Under the pieces are notes generated by a model that was given only the letters and a program-made list of their open reading frames with translations, was not told the origin of the DNA and did not search any database. The position numbers and the translations under genes are program-made. A DNA stretch of 62,797 nucleotides, from positions 1 through 62,797 of the forward strand of contig JAWLHR010000019.1 in the NCBI GenBank assembly GCA_041690295.1. The letters are read 5' to 3'. This DNA is from Bdellovibrionales bacterium. GTDB lineage: Bacteria; Bdellovibrionota; Bdellovibrionia; Bdellovibrionales; UBA1609. Positions within the stretch are counted from its first letter, which is position 1. Each line of letters starts with the position of its first letter. Below, in pieces: positions 26,287 to 36,703 of this stretch.

Positions 26287-27961
26287 TGCGATTCTTCATT
26301 CCGCTTTCTTTGATGGCCTTGCTTTGTGGACAGTGGTCGTATGCCAATGAAACCACACCGGTAAATGGAATTGTTATATCGGATCCCGACACCAGTATTA
26401 CAGTTCCAGACTCTCTACTTGGGACACGCCGTCGGATCTTTCGGAATGTTTGGCCAAAGTACAATCCGCGAGCTCAAAGGACTCGGCTTATTTCCTTTGT
26501 TACTCATGTACCTTGTCTCAACCCATGTGTAACGAGATGGCGGAATCCTGGTGCAATTCTAAGCCGAATAAATGCTCAATCCCTGGATGCGCAGATAGTA
26601 GTTGTAGCGGGGATGATGGGTATGGCGATGAACGTTTTTGTCAGCCGGGACTGGCGAGAAATTCATCCGGAGACTGTATCTGTCCAGGTACAAACAAGGT
26701 AGCCGGACGAGTTGAAGAGTGCACAACTGCTGGCGGCAGCCCATCCACGGGCAGTCCTCCAGGCAGTTCCGCGCCGCCTCCCGGTGATCCCGCCCAAAAG
26801 CAAAAGGACATTCAGGCCTGTTTTCAGCAGGAGCAACAGGCGAGCGATTGCTGTGCAAACCCGGTTGCTTGTATTGGAGGAAGTATTTCTGGTGCCATCA
26901 GACTGAGGCCGGGCGAAGGTATAGCGGAAACCTGTCGGCGAATGCAGGAGGCGAGTCTGAGAGACGCGCAGATTCGCAATCAAGCGGCCAATGCCTGCAC
27001 GCAGCGCCAGTCCGCTTGTAAATCGTCCTGTCAGTCGGCACTGAGTAAATGGGGCACCGATAGTTCGGCAAAGTCGCTTCTTGAACAGCGGCTTCAATCC
27101 TGCGAATCGTTTACAACCAGCCGTGTGCTTCTGGGTATGGCGGGTACGAATTCAGCGGAGAATTCGGCGCTTGCGGAGCGCTGTAATCAAGTCACAAGAT
27201 CAGATCTTCAGAGTACGGGAGGATCTCCCACGAACCGAGATGGAACTTCACCCGGTGCGGGTGGTGGGTTTCCGTCACTTGGCGGATCCCCTGGCAGTCC
27301 GGGATCGGACCCCTACAATTCGCCCTATCAACAGGCCATGCAATACTGTGAGTTCAACCCCAACGACCCACGTTGCCGGGCTTTGCAAGAGACACCTGAA
27401 ACGCCAAAGGGCAAGGTGGGATTTGAAACCGGAGGTGTTGGAGGAGCGCCCAACTTTGATCTTAGAGGCGGAGATGGACCTAAAACACAATTCAATATGG
27501 CCGAAAGCTACGATGCCAAAAATCACGCTCAAGTGAATCCGGTTGCCAATAATGCGGGCGGTGGAATTCCCGGGCAAGGGAGTCAGGGCATGGGGGCCCG
27601 TATGGATCAGCCTCATCGGGGTGGTGCGCCCCCGCCCAGCTACACAACGGATGTCTTGAAAGGCTTCCAAGGTGGTGGCGGCGGCAGTGCTCCAGCCAAC
27701 GCGATGAATGCGAACGCCGAAGGCGGTTGGTCATCCTACGGCAGAGGCGGGCCCCGGCGAGGACCGGCCAGCATGGACAAAGGCATCGATTTACGCCAGT
27801 TTCTTCCGGGCGGTTCCCGCGATCCTCGTATGGTCGGCGGACGCGTTCGTCATGCGGGACTTGGAAAAGGTATTCATCCTCGCTCCGTGAACTTGTTCCA
27901 TCGCATTTCGACAAAGTTTCGCGAAAAATGCCGTTTAGGGATTCTCGCCGACTGCCGGTGA
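26287..27961 (+). CDS. Secreted Cys-rich/Gly-Pro-rich protein, copy A (apparent 1-nt frameshift after the signal peptide)
   Basis: Signal peptide MRFFIPLSLMALLCGQWSYA is in one frame and the body in another. Adding one A at 26350-26352 joins them. Paralogue of 29852-31531. Confidence 0.75.
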
Positions 27962-27962
27962 A

Positions 27963-28838
27963 TCATTTTTGATTCAGTTTTTCGTATATGGCTTCGAGGA
28001 AGTCGCCTTCAACGCCTCGGCTGACATTGAAGTGGACATAGGGATCATAATCTTTGCCGGGTTTTTTGTTATTACTATCACTATCGCCGACGTGAATGGC
28101 AGCTAACACGAGATTGCCTTTATCATCTTCAATAAATTGTCCAGCGCCGGAGGCCCATCCTCCCGAGTCGCAGTCAGTTTTTAGATGTAGTTGTTTTGTG
28201 TGGTTCTTATGTCGTACAGTACATCTATTCAAGTTGAAGGGATACTCGCCGTTAACCTGGAAATTGATTGTGCTGGCGGCAGCCTGCAGAACGACAGTGC
28301 CCTCCTTAATGACGAAGTTGCGATTAGGTACTTTATAGGGCTTTACATTAGGCACGGCTTCCTGGAGTTCCGCGATTGCCCAATCGTTGATGAAGTTTCG
28401 ATCTTGCCGATTGCACGCGGCAGTTACCAATGAGCCGCGCTTTATCTTATAAACTTTTTTGGGACGACTAGAGAAAGGGAACTCAATTTCGCAGTCGTTT
28501 TCAGAAATTCGGTCGCAATTAGCCAAATGAAATGCGTGTCCGGATGTTGTAATAATATTCCGTTTTCCAGTTAACTGGACGGTACTTTGGCCTGTCCTGC
28601 AATACATTATTCCTGTTGCCGCAAACTTCTTTTTTGCTTGCGAGATAGATATTCTGTTCTTTTGTGCATACTGTTCGATCGTGAGGCGATTTTCATCGCC
28701 AATAATAGCGATTTGGTGAAGAAGTTCAGCATTCCGAGTAAATGCCGTGCTGTTGCAGTCGGGAACTGGTAGGGGCGGTGCTGCATAACTAACTGATGTT
28801 GCGATTAGGGAAGCGAGAAAGAGCAGGAGAGATTTCAT
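27963..28838 (-). CDS. Secreted trypsin-like serine protease, copy 1
   Basis: Signal peptide; TTSGH (His), DWAIAEL (Asp), CDSGGWASGAG (Ser) and LAAIH. Confidence 0.8.
   Translation of the reverse strand: MKSLLLFLASLIATSVSYAAPPLPVPDCNSTAFTRNAELLHQIAIIGDENRLTIEQYAQKNRISISQAKKKFAATGIMYCRTGQSTVQLTGKRNIITTSGHAFHLANCDRISENDCEIEFPFSSRPKKVYKIKRGSLVTAACNRQDRNFINDWAIAELQEAVPNVKPYKVPNRNFVIKEGTVVLQAAASTINFQVNGEYPFNLNRCTVRHKNHTKQLHLKTDCDSGGWASGAGQFIEDDKGNLVLAAIHVGDSDSNNKKPGKDYDPYVHFNVSRGVEGDFLEAIYEKLNQK
28003..28493. repeat. 491-bp tract identical by eye to 28887-29377
   Basis: Manual comparison found no mismatch; identical shadow ORFs occur at offset 884 in the ORF track. Confidence 0.9.
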
Positions 28839-28846
28839 TTAAAAAC

Positions 28847-29728
28847 TCACTTTCGCTCCAGCTTTTCATAAATGGCATCGAGGAATTCGCCTTCAACGCC
28901 TCGGCTGACATTGAAGTGGACATAGGGATCATAATCTTTGCCGGGTTTTTTGTTATTACTATCACTATCGCCGACGTGAATGGCAGCTAACACGAGATTG
29001 CCTTTATCATCTTCAATAAATTGTCCAGCGCCGGAGGCCCATCCTCCCGAGTCGCAGTCAGTTTTTAGATGTAGTTGTTTTGTGTGGTTCTTATGTCGTA
29101 CAGTACATCTATTCAAGTTGAAGGGATACTCGCCGTTAACCTGGAAATTGATTGTGCTGGCGGCAGCCTGCAGAACGACAGTGCCCTCCTTAATGACGAA
29201 GTTGCGATTAGGTACTTTATAGGGCTTTACATTAGGCACGGCTTCCTGGAGTTCCGCGATTGCCCAATCGTTGATGAAGTTTCGATCTTGCCGATTGCAC
29301 GCGGCAGTTACCAATGAGCCGCGCTTTATCTTATAAACTTTTTTGGGACGACTAGAGAAAGGGAACTCAATTTCGCATTCCTCTTCAGATATTTTCTCAC
29401 AATTCGCTAGATGGAATGCATGACCAGAGGTAGTAATAATATTTTGTTTACCGGTGAGTTGAGCAGTTCCTAGGCCCGTCGTGCAATAAATTAGTCCAGT
29501 GGCAGCGAATTTCTTTTTTGCCTTCGCAACTGAAATTTTGTGCTCCCGCGCGTACTGTTCAATTGTGAGTCTGCTTTCGTTTCCGATGATGGCAATTTGG
29601 TGAAGTAATTCAGCGTTGCGTATGAATGCAGTGCTGTTGCAATCGGGGATGATTATGGGGGCCGCCTGAACAGCTATTGGAGCCCCGGACAATACGAAGG
29701 AAAAGACAAAGAGCACAAGATTTCTCAT
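28847..29728 (-). CDS. Secreted trypsin-like serine protease, copy 2
   Basis: Same triad motifs; signal peptide from ATG 29728 (MRNLVLF). Confidence 0.8.
   Translation of the reverse strand: MRNLVLFVFSFVLSGAPIAVQAAPIIIPDCNSTAFIRNAELLHQIAIIGNESRLTIEQYAREHKISVAKAKKKFAATGLIYCTTGLGTAQLTGKQNIITTSGHAFHLANCEKISEEECEIEFPFSSRPKKVYKIKRGSLVTAACNRQDRNFINDWAIAELQEAVPNVKPYKVPNRNFVIKEGTVVLQAAASTINFQVNGEYPFNLNRCTVRHKNHTKQLHLKTDCDSGGWASGAGQFIEDDKGNLVLAAIHVGDSDSNNKKPGKDYDPYVHFNVSRGVEGEFLDAIYEKLERK
28887..29377. repeat. 491-bp tract identical by eye to 28003-28493
   Basis: Second copy of the tract, offset 884. Confidence 0.9.
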
Positions 29729-29740
29729 ACGACCAACTAG

Positions 29741-29757
29741 TATCTCATTTTGAGATA
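29741..29757. promoter_or_regulatory. Perfect palindrome TATCTCA-TTT-TGAGATA, candidate operator
   Basis: Lies in a divergent promoter region; similar sites at 26153, 39571 and 40316. Confidence 0.4.
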
Positions 29758-29851
29758 GGCCAGTCCACTCTCTGTGGTCAACTGAGACATCTTTTTGGAA
29801 GTTTTCCATTTGATGATGTTTATGAGCTAAATCGGTATATTATAGTAACTA

Positions 29852-31531
29852 GTGGCAAATCGTTTGATCTGGACCTATGTTCCGCGAATTTTACTTCTTG
29901 TACTTTTGACAACAGGTCATCTTGCCTTTTCGCTTGAAGGTACGAATAATGTCGATGGCTGTCTCAATCAATCATACTCAGGGACTCATAAAGAAGAAAT
30001 TATTGGGAAATGTTTGCTCTGCTTAAACGAAGCGGGGGCGATGAACCAAAATCGGGCAATGATGTGTGAGCAGGCAGGGATTTCCTGGTGCAATGCTAGA
30101 GCGGATAAATGCACCAATCCAGGGATTGGCTGTAGAGATAAGAGTTGTGGAGCCGTCGATTACAATGATGAATGTCCGCCGGGTTCGGCTCTGAACTCCG
30201 CAGGCGATTGCGTTTGCTCAGGTACAAACAAAATTGCTCTTCGACCCGAGGACTGCGCGACCGCCGGAGGCGGCGGTGGCCCAGGCTCGGATCCGAAACC
30301 CCCAGGGAGCACTCCGCCCGCGGACGATCCGGCGCAGAAACAGAAAGATATTCAAGCCTGTCTTCAGCAGCAGCAACAGGCCAGTGATTGCTGTTCAAAT
30401 CCGATTGCCTGTATTGGGGGGAGCCTTTCAGGTGAAATCCGCCCGAAGCCCGGTGAGGGCATAGCGGAGACCTGTCGGAGGATGCAGGAGGCGAGTCTCA
30501 GGGACTCGCAGATTCGCAATCAGGCGGCCAACGCCTGCACTCAGCGCCAATCCGCTTGTAAGTCATCCTGCCAGTCGGCCCTAAGTAAATGGGGATCCGA
30601 CGCTTCGGCCAGATCGCTCATCGATCAACAGATTCAGGCCTGTGACTCGCTGACGAGTAGCCGGGTGCTCCTTGGCATGTCTGGGATGAGCTCGACGAAA
30701 AATTCCGCCCTGGCGGACCAGTGTAACGAAGTGGCTCGCTCGGATCCGCAGAGCACGGGTCCAGGGGGATCCTCCCCATCTAATCAAAACGGCCAGCCGG
30801 GTGGCGGGACTTCGCCGGGAGCCGGTGGAGGCTTTCCCACTCTGGGTGGCTCACCGAGTACGCCAGGAATGGGCTACAACTCGCCCTCGCCCTATCAGCA
30901 GGCCATGCAGTACTGTGAATTCAACCCCAATGATCCGCGCTGTCGGGCCTTACAAGAAAAGACGGAAACTCCTAAAGGCAAAGCGGGATTTGAGACAGGC
31001 GTCAGTGATGTGGATCCCACGTTCAATTTCGAAGGGGATGATGGGCCCCGTACGCAATTCAATATGGCCGAAAGCTATGATGCCAAGAACCATGCGCAAG
31101 TGAGCCCCATCACCAATAATTCGGGTGGTGGGATTCCCGGGCAAGGCGGCCAGGGAATGGGGGCCCGCATGGATCAGCCACGTCGAGGAGGCGCGCCTCC
31201 GCCCAGTTACACCACGGATGTGCTTAAAGGCTTTCAGGGTGCGGGCGGCGGGAGCGCTCCGCCTGGTGCGATGAATCCCAACAGTGAAGGTGGGTGGTCG
31301 TCCTACGGAGGAGGAGGGCAGCGCCGTCGAGGGCCGGCCAGTTTAAATGGCAGTATTGATTTACGCCAGTTTCTCCCGGGTGGAGCGCGGGATCCGCGCA
31401 TGGTGGGCGGACGCTATCGCCATGCCGGCCTCGAGAAAGGGATTCACCCGCGCTCGGTGAACCTGTTCCATCGCATTTCAATTAAGCTCCACGAGAAATG
31501 CCGCTTAGGCGTTCTCTCCGACTGCTGGTGA
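29852..31531 (+). CDS. Secreted Cys-rich/Gly-Pro-rich protein, copy B
   Basis: Signal peptide; shares QKQKDIQAC, YCEFNPNDPRC and HPRSVNLFHRIS with copy A. Confidence 0.85.
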   Translation: MANRLIWTYVPRILLLVLLTTGHLAFSLEGTNNVDGCLNQSYSGTHKEEIIGKCLLCLNEAGAMNQNRAMMCEQAGISWCNARADKCTNPGIGCRDKSCGAVDYNDECPPGSALNSAGDCVCSGTNKIALRPEDCATAGGGGGPGSDPKPPGSTPPADDPAQKQKDIQACLQQQQQASDCCSNPIACIGGSLSGEIRPKPGEGIAETCRRMQEASLRDSQIRNQAANACTQRQSACKSSCQSALSKWGSDASARSLIDQQIQACDSLTSSRVLLGMSGMSSTKNSALADQCNEVARSDPQSTGPGGSSPSNQNGQPGGGTSPGAGGGFPTLGGSPSTPGMGYNSPSPYQQAMQYCEFNPNDPRCRALQEKTETPKGKAGFETGVSDVDPTFNFEGDDGPRTQFNMAESYDAKNHAQVSPITNNSGGGIPGQGGQGMGARMDQPRRGGAPPPSYTTDVLKGFQGAGGGSAPPGAMNPNSEGGWSSYGGGGQRRRGPASLNGSIDLRQFLPGGARDPRMVGGRYRHAGLEKGIHPRSVNLFHRISIKLHEKCRLGVLSDCW

Positions 31532-31532
31532 A

Positions 31533-32417
31533 TCATTTTTGATTCAGTTTCTCGTAGATGGCTTCGAGGAATTCGCCCTCAACACCTCGACTGACATTGT
31601 AATGGTAATTCGGGTTGTAATCCAGCCCGGGGCGCCCATCGTTCTTATCCGCACTACCGATGTGAATGGCGGCTAAAGTTAGATTTCCATTTTTGTCCTC
31701 GATAAATTGGCCGGCCCCTGAAGCCCATCCTCCAGAATCACAATCCGTTTTAATAGGAATTCGAACGGTATGATTTTTATCTCGCACCGTACATGTGTTT
31801 ATATTGAATGGATATTTATCATTAATTTTAAAGTTATTTGTGCTTGCGGCCACTTGAACAATGTTCGTGCCCTCTTCGATGACAAAGTCACGGCCTGGAA
31901 CTTTGTAAGGTTTCACGTTAGGAACAGCTTCTTGAAGTTCCGCGACAGCCCAATCATCATGAGCATTTCGACTTTTGCGGGTACAGTTTCCAGTCACCAG
32001 TGAGCCGGGCTTTATTTTATACATTTTTTTCGGACGATTGGAGTAAGGGAACTCAAGATAGCAGTCTTGGTCTGAAATTTGGTCACAATTATTTAAAAAG
32101 AAAGTATGTCCAGCGGTTGTGATCACATTATTTTTTCCCGTGAGCTGAGTGGTGCCTGTGCCAGTCCTACAATGAATAAAACCAGTCGCCGCAAATTTCT
32201 TTTTAGCCTGCTTGATGGTCATTTTGTGCTTGCGTGCGTACTGTTCGATCGTGAGGCGGTTTTCGTCGCCAATGATGGCGATTTGGTGGAGGAGTTCAGC
32301 GTTACGAGAGAAAGCCGTGCTGTTACAATTAGGAGGCGATATAGGGGCCGCGTGGGCCGTTAAAGCGCCGAACTGGAAGACGATGAAGAGCAAGCTGGGG
32401 ATCAATGCGTTTTTCAT
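31533..32417 (-). CDS. Secreted trypsin-like serine protease, copy 3
   Basis: TTAGH, DWAVAEL and CDSGGWASGAG; signal peptide from ATG 32417. Confidence 0.8.
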   Translation of the reverse strand: MKNALIPSLLFIVFQFGALTAHAAPISPPNCNSTAFSRNAELLHQIAIIGDENRLTIEQYARKHKMTIKQAKKKFAATGFIHCRTGTGTTQLTGKNNVITTAGHTFFLNNCDQISDQDCYLEFPYSNRPKKMYKIKPGSLVTGNCTRKSRNAHDDWAVAELQEAVPNVKPYKVPGRDFVIEEGTNIVQVAASTNNFKINDKYPFNINTCTVRDKNHTVRIPIKTDCDSGGWASGAGQFIEDKNGNLTLAAIHIGSADKNDGRPGLDYNPNYHYNVSRGVEGEFLEAIYEKLNQK

Positions 32418-32698
32418 TGGTAAAGAAATTATCTCATCTGAAAATCGGTCAGTCCACTGGATGTCACCGGCGGTTGGGGAATTAGCGGAGTACATACATT
32501 TTGTACCAGTTGATCGTTTCGATGGGAACGTAGGTCGAGGCTTTGGGGTCCAAGGCAATGTAAGCGCCTAATTCCGCAAAAGTTTCCAATGGGCCGCCAA
32601 GGACACTATAAATTGTGGGATAGCCGGATTTGATGATTTTGGAGCGGGCGCGGAGGAAAATTTCCCACGGGCCAAGTTTTTGTAAGAGTGGGCTAAGT

Positions 32699-33607
32699 TC
32701 ATTTTTGATTTGGTCCAGTTCGAAAGTTTTGATCCGTGAATTTACAAATTGGGGATAATTGGGGGCTTTTACCGTCTTGTTGGTCTTGATTCGTTTTAAA
32801 AAAGATTTCAATTTGTTCAGAATACTTTTTAGGCTGATCAATAAACCCAAAATGACCGGCATTTTCAATAAAAATTGTTTTTGTTTGGTTTTTGCGATTT
32901 TTACATAGGTCATTGAAGTATTCAGGATAGATCACCTGGTCATTCAGGCCTCCAATGACAAGAAAGGGAGCCTTTGAACACTCAAAAAAGCTTTTTAGCG
33001 TAAGGCCGCTATTTAATTCATATTCTATTGCGGAGCTGACTTGGGGATAATAATTGATTTTGTTGAGGATCAGTCGCCCTCTTTCCCGACCCGCAGGTGG
33101 AAAATATTGATTAAGATATTTCAACATACGTGCACGAAGCGCCTCGACCGAATCTGTCATTTTTTGAGGGTCTTCTAACTCGTGTGTCTGAGTCGTGCGC
33201 ACCGAAGTATTTTTGTTCCTATAAATTTCAAGCCAGTTCATATCCGCCACGGCAGATATGAATACTGTAGGAGAAGCACCAAATCGAGCGAAGTAATCGA
33301 GGAGAATTAGAGCGCCCCCGGAGTGGGCTACGAAACCAATACGCTTCGTAGCATGGACTTCAACCAATTGCCGAAGCTCGTCGGAAAGCTTCCGAAGGGA
33401 AATATTTTTGAATCCCGAGCTGTAGCCTGGCGTATAGTAGATCAAACGGAAATCTCTTTCCAGGCTGTGAAATGCCCCGGGTAGATATTCATGACCTAAT
33501 CCTGGTCCCCCTGGCAAAAACACAATTGTGTCAATTATATTATCAGGGCCTCGAACATCAACATACCCGATTAGTTTACCTTTTTGGCTAGAAGACTTGA
33601 TTGTCAT
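32699..33607 (-). CDS. Alpha/beta hydrolase (proline iminopeptidase-like); may continue into 32482-32800 through a 1-nt frameshift
   Basis: LPGGPGL, AHSGG nucleophile elbow, GLNDQV and AGHF. Confidence 0.8.
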   Translation of the reverse strand: MTIKSSSQKGKLIGYVDVRGPDNIIDTIVFLPGGPGLGHEYLPGAFHSLERDFRLIYYTPGYSSGFKNISLRKLSDELRQLVEVHATKRIGFVAHSGGALILLDYFARFGASPTVFISAVADMNWLEIYRNKNTSVRTTQTHELEDPQKMTDSVEALRARMLKYLNQYFPPAGRERGRLILNKINYYPQVSSAIEYELNSGLTLKSFFECSKAPFLVIGGLNDQVIYPEYFNDLCKNRKNQTKTIFIENAGHFGFIDQPKKYSEQIEIFFKTNQDQQDGKSPQLSPICKFTDQNFRTGPNQK

Positions 33608-33824
33608 GAGCCCTTTCGCAGTAATCCGGCGTATTGGGCCAAGCTATCCTCGGTATGAATATCAAAATAAAAGCGAACACAATACGCACTCCAAGCGGAT
33701 AAGCAAAAACTATTCCGGCTACGTGCGGGGGGCTACGTAACCCAGTGGTTCCAAACGGATCTTGATGATCTTGAGACTGCAACGATGGAAAGATTGAAAG
33801 GGCGCAGATGGCAAGGAATTTTAC

Positions 33825-34697
33825 TCAGGGCATTTTTGCATCAAAAGAAATTCTAGCTTCAGCCGGTTCATCTAAAACCGACCCGCGCCAGTAATCTTTT
33901 ACGTGCAGTTCGAATACGGTCTTTTGGGTTCCCGTGTAATCGTAAGGCCCGAGTTTAAAATAATTGGTGCAATCCTCGTAGCCGAGGGGGCCTTTGTAAT
34001 CCCCAATGAGTCGGCCATTCATATGAACACGGGCCGCGCCGTCAACGCCCGCCTTCGCGTGAATGGTGAACTCGTGCCATTCGCCGGGTTGAAAATAAAC
34101 CCGTGACAGGATCACCTCATGACCGTTGTCCTGAGTTCCGTTCTTATTGAATAAGTGGCGAGCAGTAACGACCAAATGACTGTCTTTCTTAAAGCGAAGG
34201 GCGAGAGTCGGGCTCATGGCGTTGGTGGCGTGCCATTGAGCCAACACGATGGAACCATTATCCGTGGTCAGGCGAACCCAGAGAGGAATTCGCAAGCTGA
34301 ATCGAAACGTCGTCCAATCGTCGATCGGGGCCTCATACGGATCGCGGACCTCGGCGCGGATTTCGTTGGGCCAAAGGCGAAAGATCATTCGTGATTGACT
34401 CATGTAACACGAACGAAGACCTGAGCATCGTTTGAAACTGAGCGCGCCGGGGTCATTGCGGGAGAAATCGGGAAGGCAATCATCCGAACGGTGAGCGCAA
34501 TATTTCAGGATCGGCTCATAATAGTATGTCGTGCATTTGGGTCCGCCGTGAAGCAGAACGCACCTTTGATAAAGACTGATTTCCGGCTGCGGTCCCGTGG
34601 CTTGGGTATTCCCGTCGGATGAAAAACCAAAGACAAAAATCGATATGAGCAGGCATTTCCACGTTATCAGTGGGCGCCGCGTACGACATTCAGGCAT
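33825..34697 (-). CDS. Secreted polysaccharide lyase-like protein
   Basis: Signal-like N-terminus; RAEV, IVLAQWH and NYFKLGPY. Confidence 0.7.
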   Translation of the reverse strand: MPECRTRRPLITWKCLLISIFVFGFSSDGNTQATGPQPEISLYQRCVLLHGGPKCTTYYYEPILKYCAHRSDDCLPDFSRNDPGALSFKRCSGLRSCYMSQSRMIFRLWPNEIRAEVRDPYEAPIDDWTTFRFSLRIPLWVRLTTDNGSIVLAQWHATNAMSPTLALRFKKDSHLVVTARHLFNKNGTQDNGHEVILSRVYFQPGEWHEFTIHAKAGVDGAARVHMNGRLIGDYKGPLGYEDCTNYFKLGPYDYTGTQKTVFELHVKDYWRGSVLDEPAEARISFDAKMP

Positions 34698-35241
34698 TCT
34701 TGGTGACCCCCCTATTGATCCCTACCAATAAGCCTTTGCCCGGAACCTGTACCTGACAAATCAAGAGCTTTCCAATTCTTTGTTGAGATTTAGTAAAGAA
34801 CCGGTTTCGCTTCGCGATGAAATTTAAAAATCGTTAGCATTCGGCCCGGGAAGCACTAGGTCGCTCGCTTGACAAATTCCTGATTTATCGACTTTGGGGG
34901 CGCCTTTCCAATTGGGCAGGGTTCTCGCGTTGGGCCCAGGGGACCGATTCGCTCAATATCCTCGGTCGCGCTCAAGAGCCCTCAATCCTATCCATGGATC
35001 ATGGCCACGGCGATTAAAGCCGTTTCGTTTGTCGATTGTGGGATAAATTTCATTTGTCTTTCATGCTGGATATCGAAGGCCACTCCGGAGTCGGATCATC
35101 GGAAGGAACTTACGTCTTGGCGTTTCATAAAAGCGGTAAAGGAGTCACGGTGCCAATAAACTCTGTTTAGGTTGCTATGTCGGCAGATCATGTGTAGGAC
35201 GGGTGCTCCAGCTAAATTCTGGAGTGTGGGAGGTGCGCTGA

Positions 35242-36675
35242 GTGAGCATGAAGCGGCTTTTTTTCAAGCTGTTTTTGCTTTCCACGGCACTGACGCTTGC
35301 GACAGTCTTCGCTCTGATTATCTTCATGTCACGGATGGACGACAGTTTGGCGACAATGTTCGACGCCATGAAGGCGGTGCGTGCGGCGGAGCGGGTGCAG
35401 ATCCAGCTCTATAAAATGAGTCGCGAGAACCTCCTCGAATATTCGACCTACAACAAACCCGGAGTTTCAAAAGCCAAGCGCGAGCTTCGGGAGGCCATTG
35501 AGAAACTACGCCCGTACATTGTTTCCAAAGAAGAGCGCAACATCCTCCATCACCTGAGCGAGGCCGCGCGGGAATACGAAGAGACCTCGACGGATTTGCT
35601 CAATAAAAATGTTCCACCGGTTCACACCGAGCCGGTGCTAAAGCCTTCGTTAACGGAAGTTTATCGAATGGCGGAACGCCTGGCCATGATGAAACTGGAG
35701 CAGGCGAAGACGGTGGGAGAAGCCTCTCATCAGGATATCAAAGGCGCGGCCATCGTGGCCGGGTTTATCGGTTTGCTCTCGTTTATCGGTGTATTGGTCA
35801 CGTGGTTTGTCGTGCGGCAGTTGTACGAGGCGCCCATTCGAAAACTCGCCAATCAGATCCGCTCTGTTTCGGGAATTTGGTGGCAGGGCGGGTTTCCCAA
35901 ACAAGGCGCCGCGGAAATTCAGGCGATCGCCACCGCGTTTGAAGACTTGCTCAATAAACTCAATCACCAGCGGAATGAAGGCCTGAAGTTCATTTCTTCC
36001 GTCGCCCATGATTTGCGAAATCCGCTGAGCGCGATTCAGATGTCCGTGCAGTTGCTCTTGGAACAGAAACACCTGTCTCGCGCGGACCAGGAGATCATCG
36101 AAATCATTTCCCGGCAGGTTTCCCATCTGGACCGAATGGTTGGGGACTTTTTGGATGCGGGACGAATTGAATCCGGCCGTCTCGAGTTTAAAAAATCCAA
36201 CGAGGACTTGCGCGTGATCGTGGAGCAAAGTGTCCGCTTGCATCAGTCGGTTTCGGACAAGCATGAGATCCATTTTGAGGCCCCGAATTTTCCAGTGGTT
36301 TGCGAGTGCGATTCGCTTCGTATCGGGCAGGTCTTGAATAATCTCATCAGCAACGCGATCAAGTATTCGCCCAACGGCGGCCGCATCGCCGTCAAAGTGT
36401 CCGCTGAACCAAGATTCTGCCGCTTGACGGTGGAAGATCAAGGCATCGGCATTAACGAGAAAGATCTGGACAAAATTTTCGAGCCGTTCTCGCGATCCGG
36501 ATTGGGAGATTCAGATATTCCGGGATTGGGGCTTGGACTTTCTGTCACGAAGAAGATCATTGAAGCGCATCATGGACAAATCGACGTGAAGAGCCGGCCC
36601 GGAGAGGGTTCTGAATTCATCGTGAAATTACCGAAGAAGCAATCCTTCGATTCTTTAAGTCCGGCCGTCGTCTAG
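35242..36675 (+). CDS. Sensor histidine kinase
   Basis: Two TM helices, HAMP-like linker, SVAHDLRNPL, NLISNAIKYS, DQGIG and GLGLGL. Confidence 0.95.
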   Translation: MSMKRLFFKLFLLSTALTLATVFALIIFMSRMDDSLATMFDAMKAVRAAERVQIQLYKMSRENLLEYSTYNKPGVSKAKRELREAIEKLRPYIVSKEERNILHHLSEAAREYEETSTDLLNKNVPPVHTEPVLKPSLTEVYRMAERLAMMKLEQAKTVGEASHQDIKGAAIVAGFIGLLSFIGVLVTWFVVRQLYEAPIRKLANQIRSVSGIWWQGGFPKQGAAEIQAIATAFEDLLNKLNHQRNEGLKFISSVAHDLRNPLSAIQMSVQLLLEQKHLSRADQEIIEIISRQVSHLDRMVGDFLDAGRIESGRLEFKKSNEDLRVIVEQSVRLHQSVSDKHEIHFEAPNFPVVCECDSLRIGQVLNNLISNAIKYSPNGGRIAVKVSAEPRFCRLTVEDQGIGINEKDLDKIFEPFSRSGLGDSDIPGLGLGLSVTKKIIEAHHGQIDVKSRPGEGSEFIVKLPKKQSFDSLSPAVV

Positions 36676-36703
36676 GTCTCGGTCTTGCAACAAATTTAAA
36701 GTT

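Noticed and set aside
28003..29377. DGR target linked to the island RT
   Set aside because: The copies are identical, both are coding, and there is no adenine-specific variation.
34700..35240. Hidden gene or ncRNA in a 540-bp gap
   Set aside because: No convincing ORF, repeat or known RNA motif seen; it is consistent with a divergent promoter region.
35650..36441. 263-aa antisense ORF
   Set aside because: Shadow of the histidine kinase on the opposite strand.
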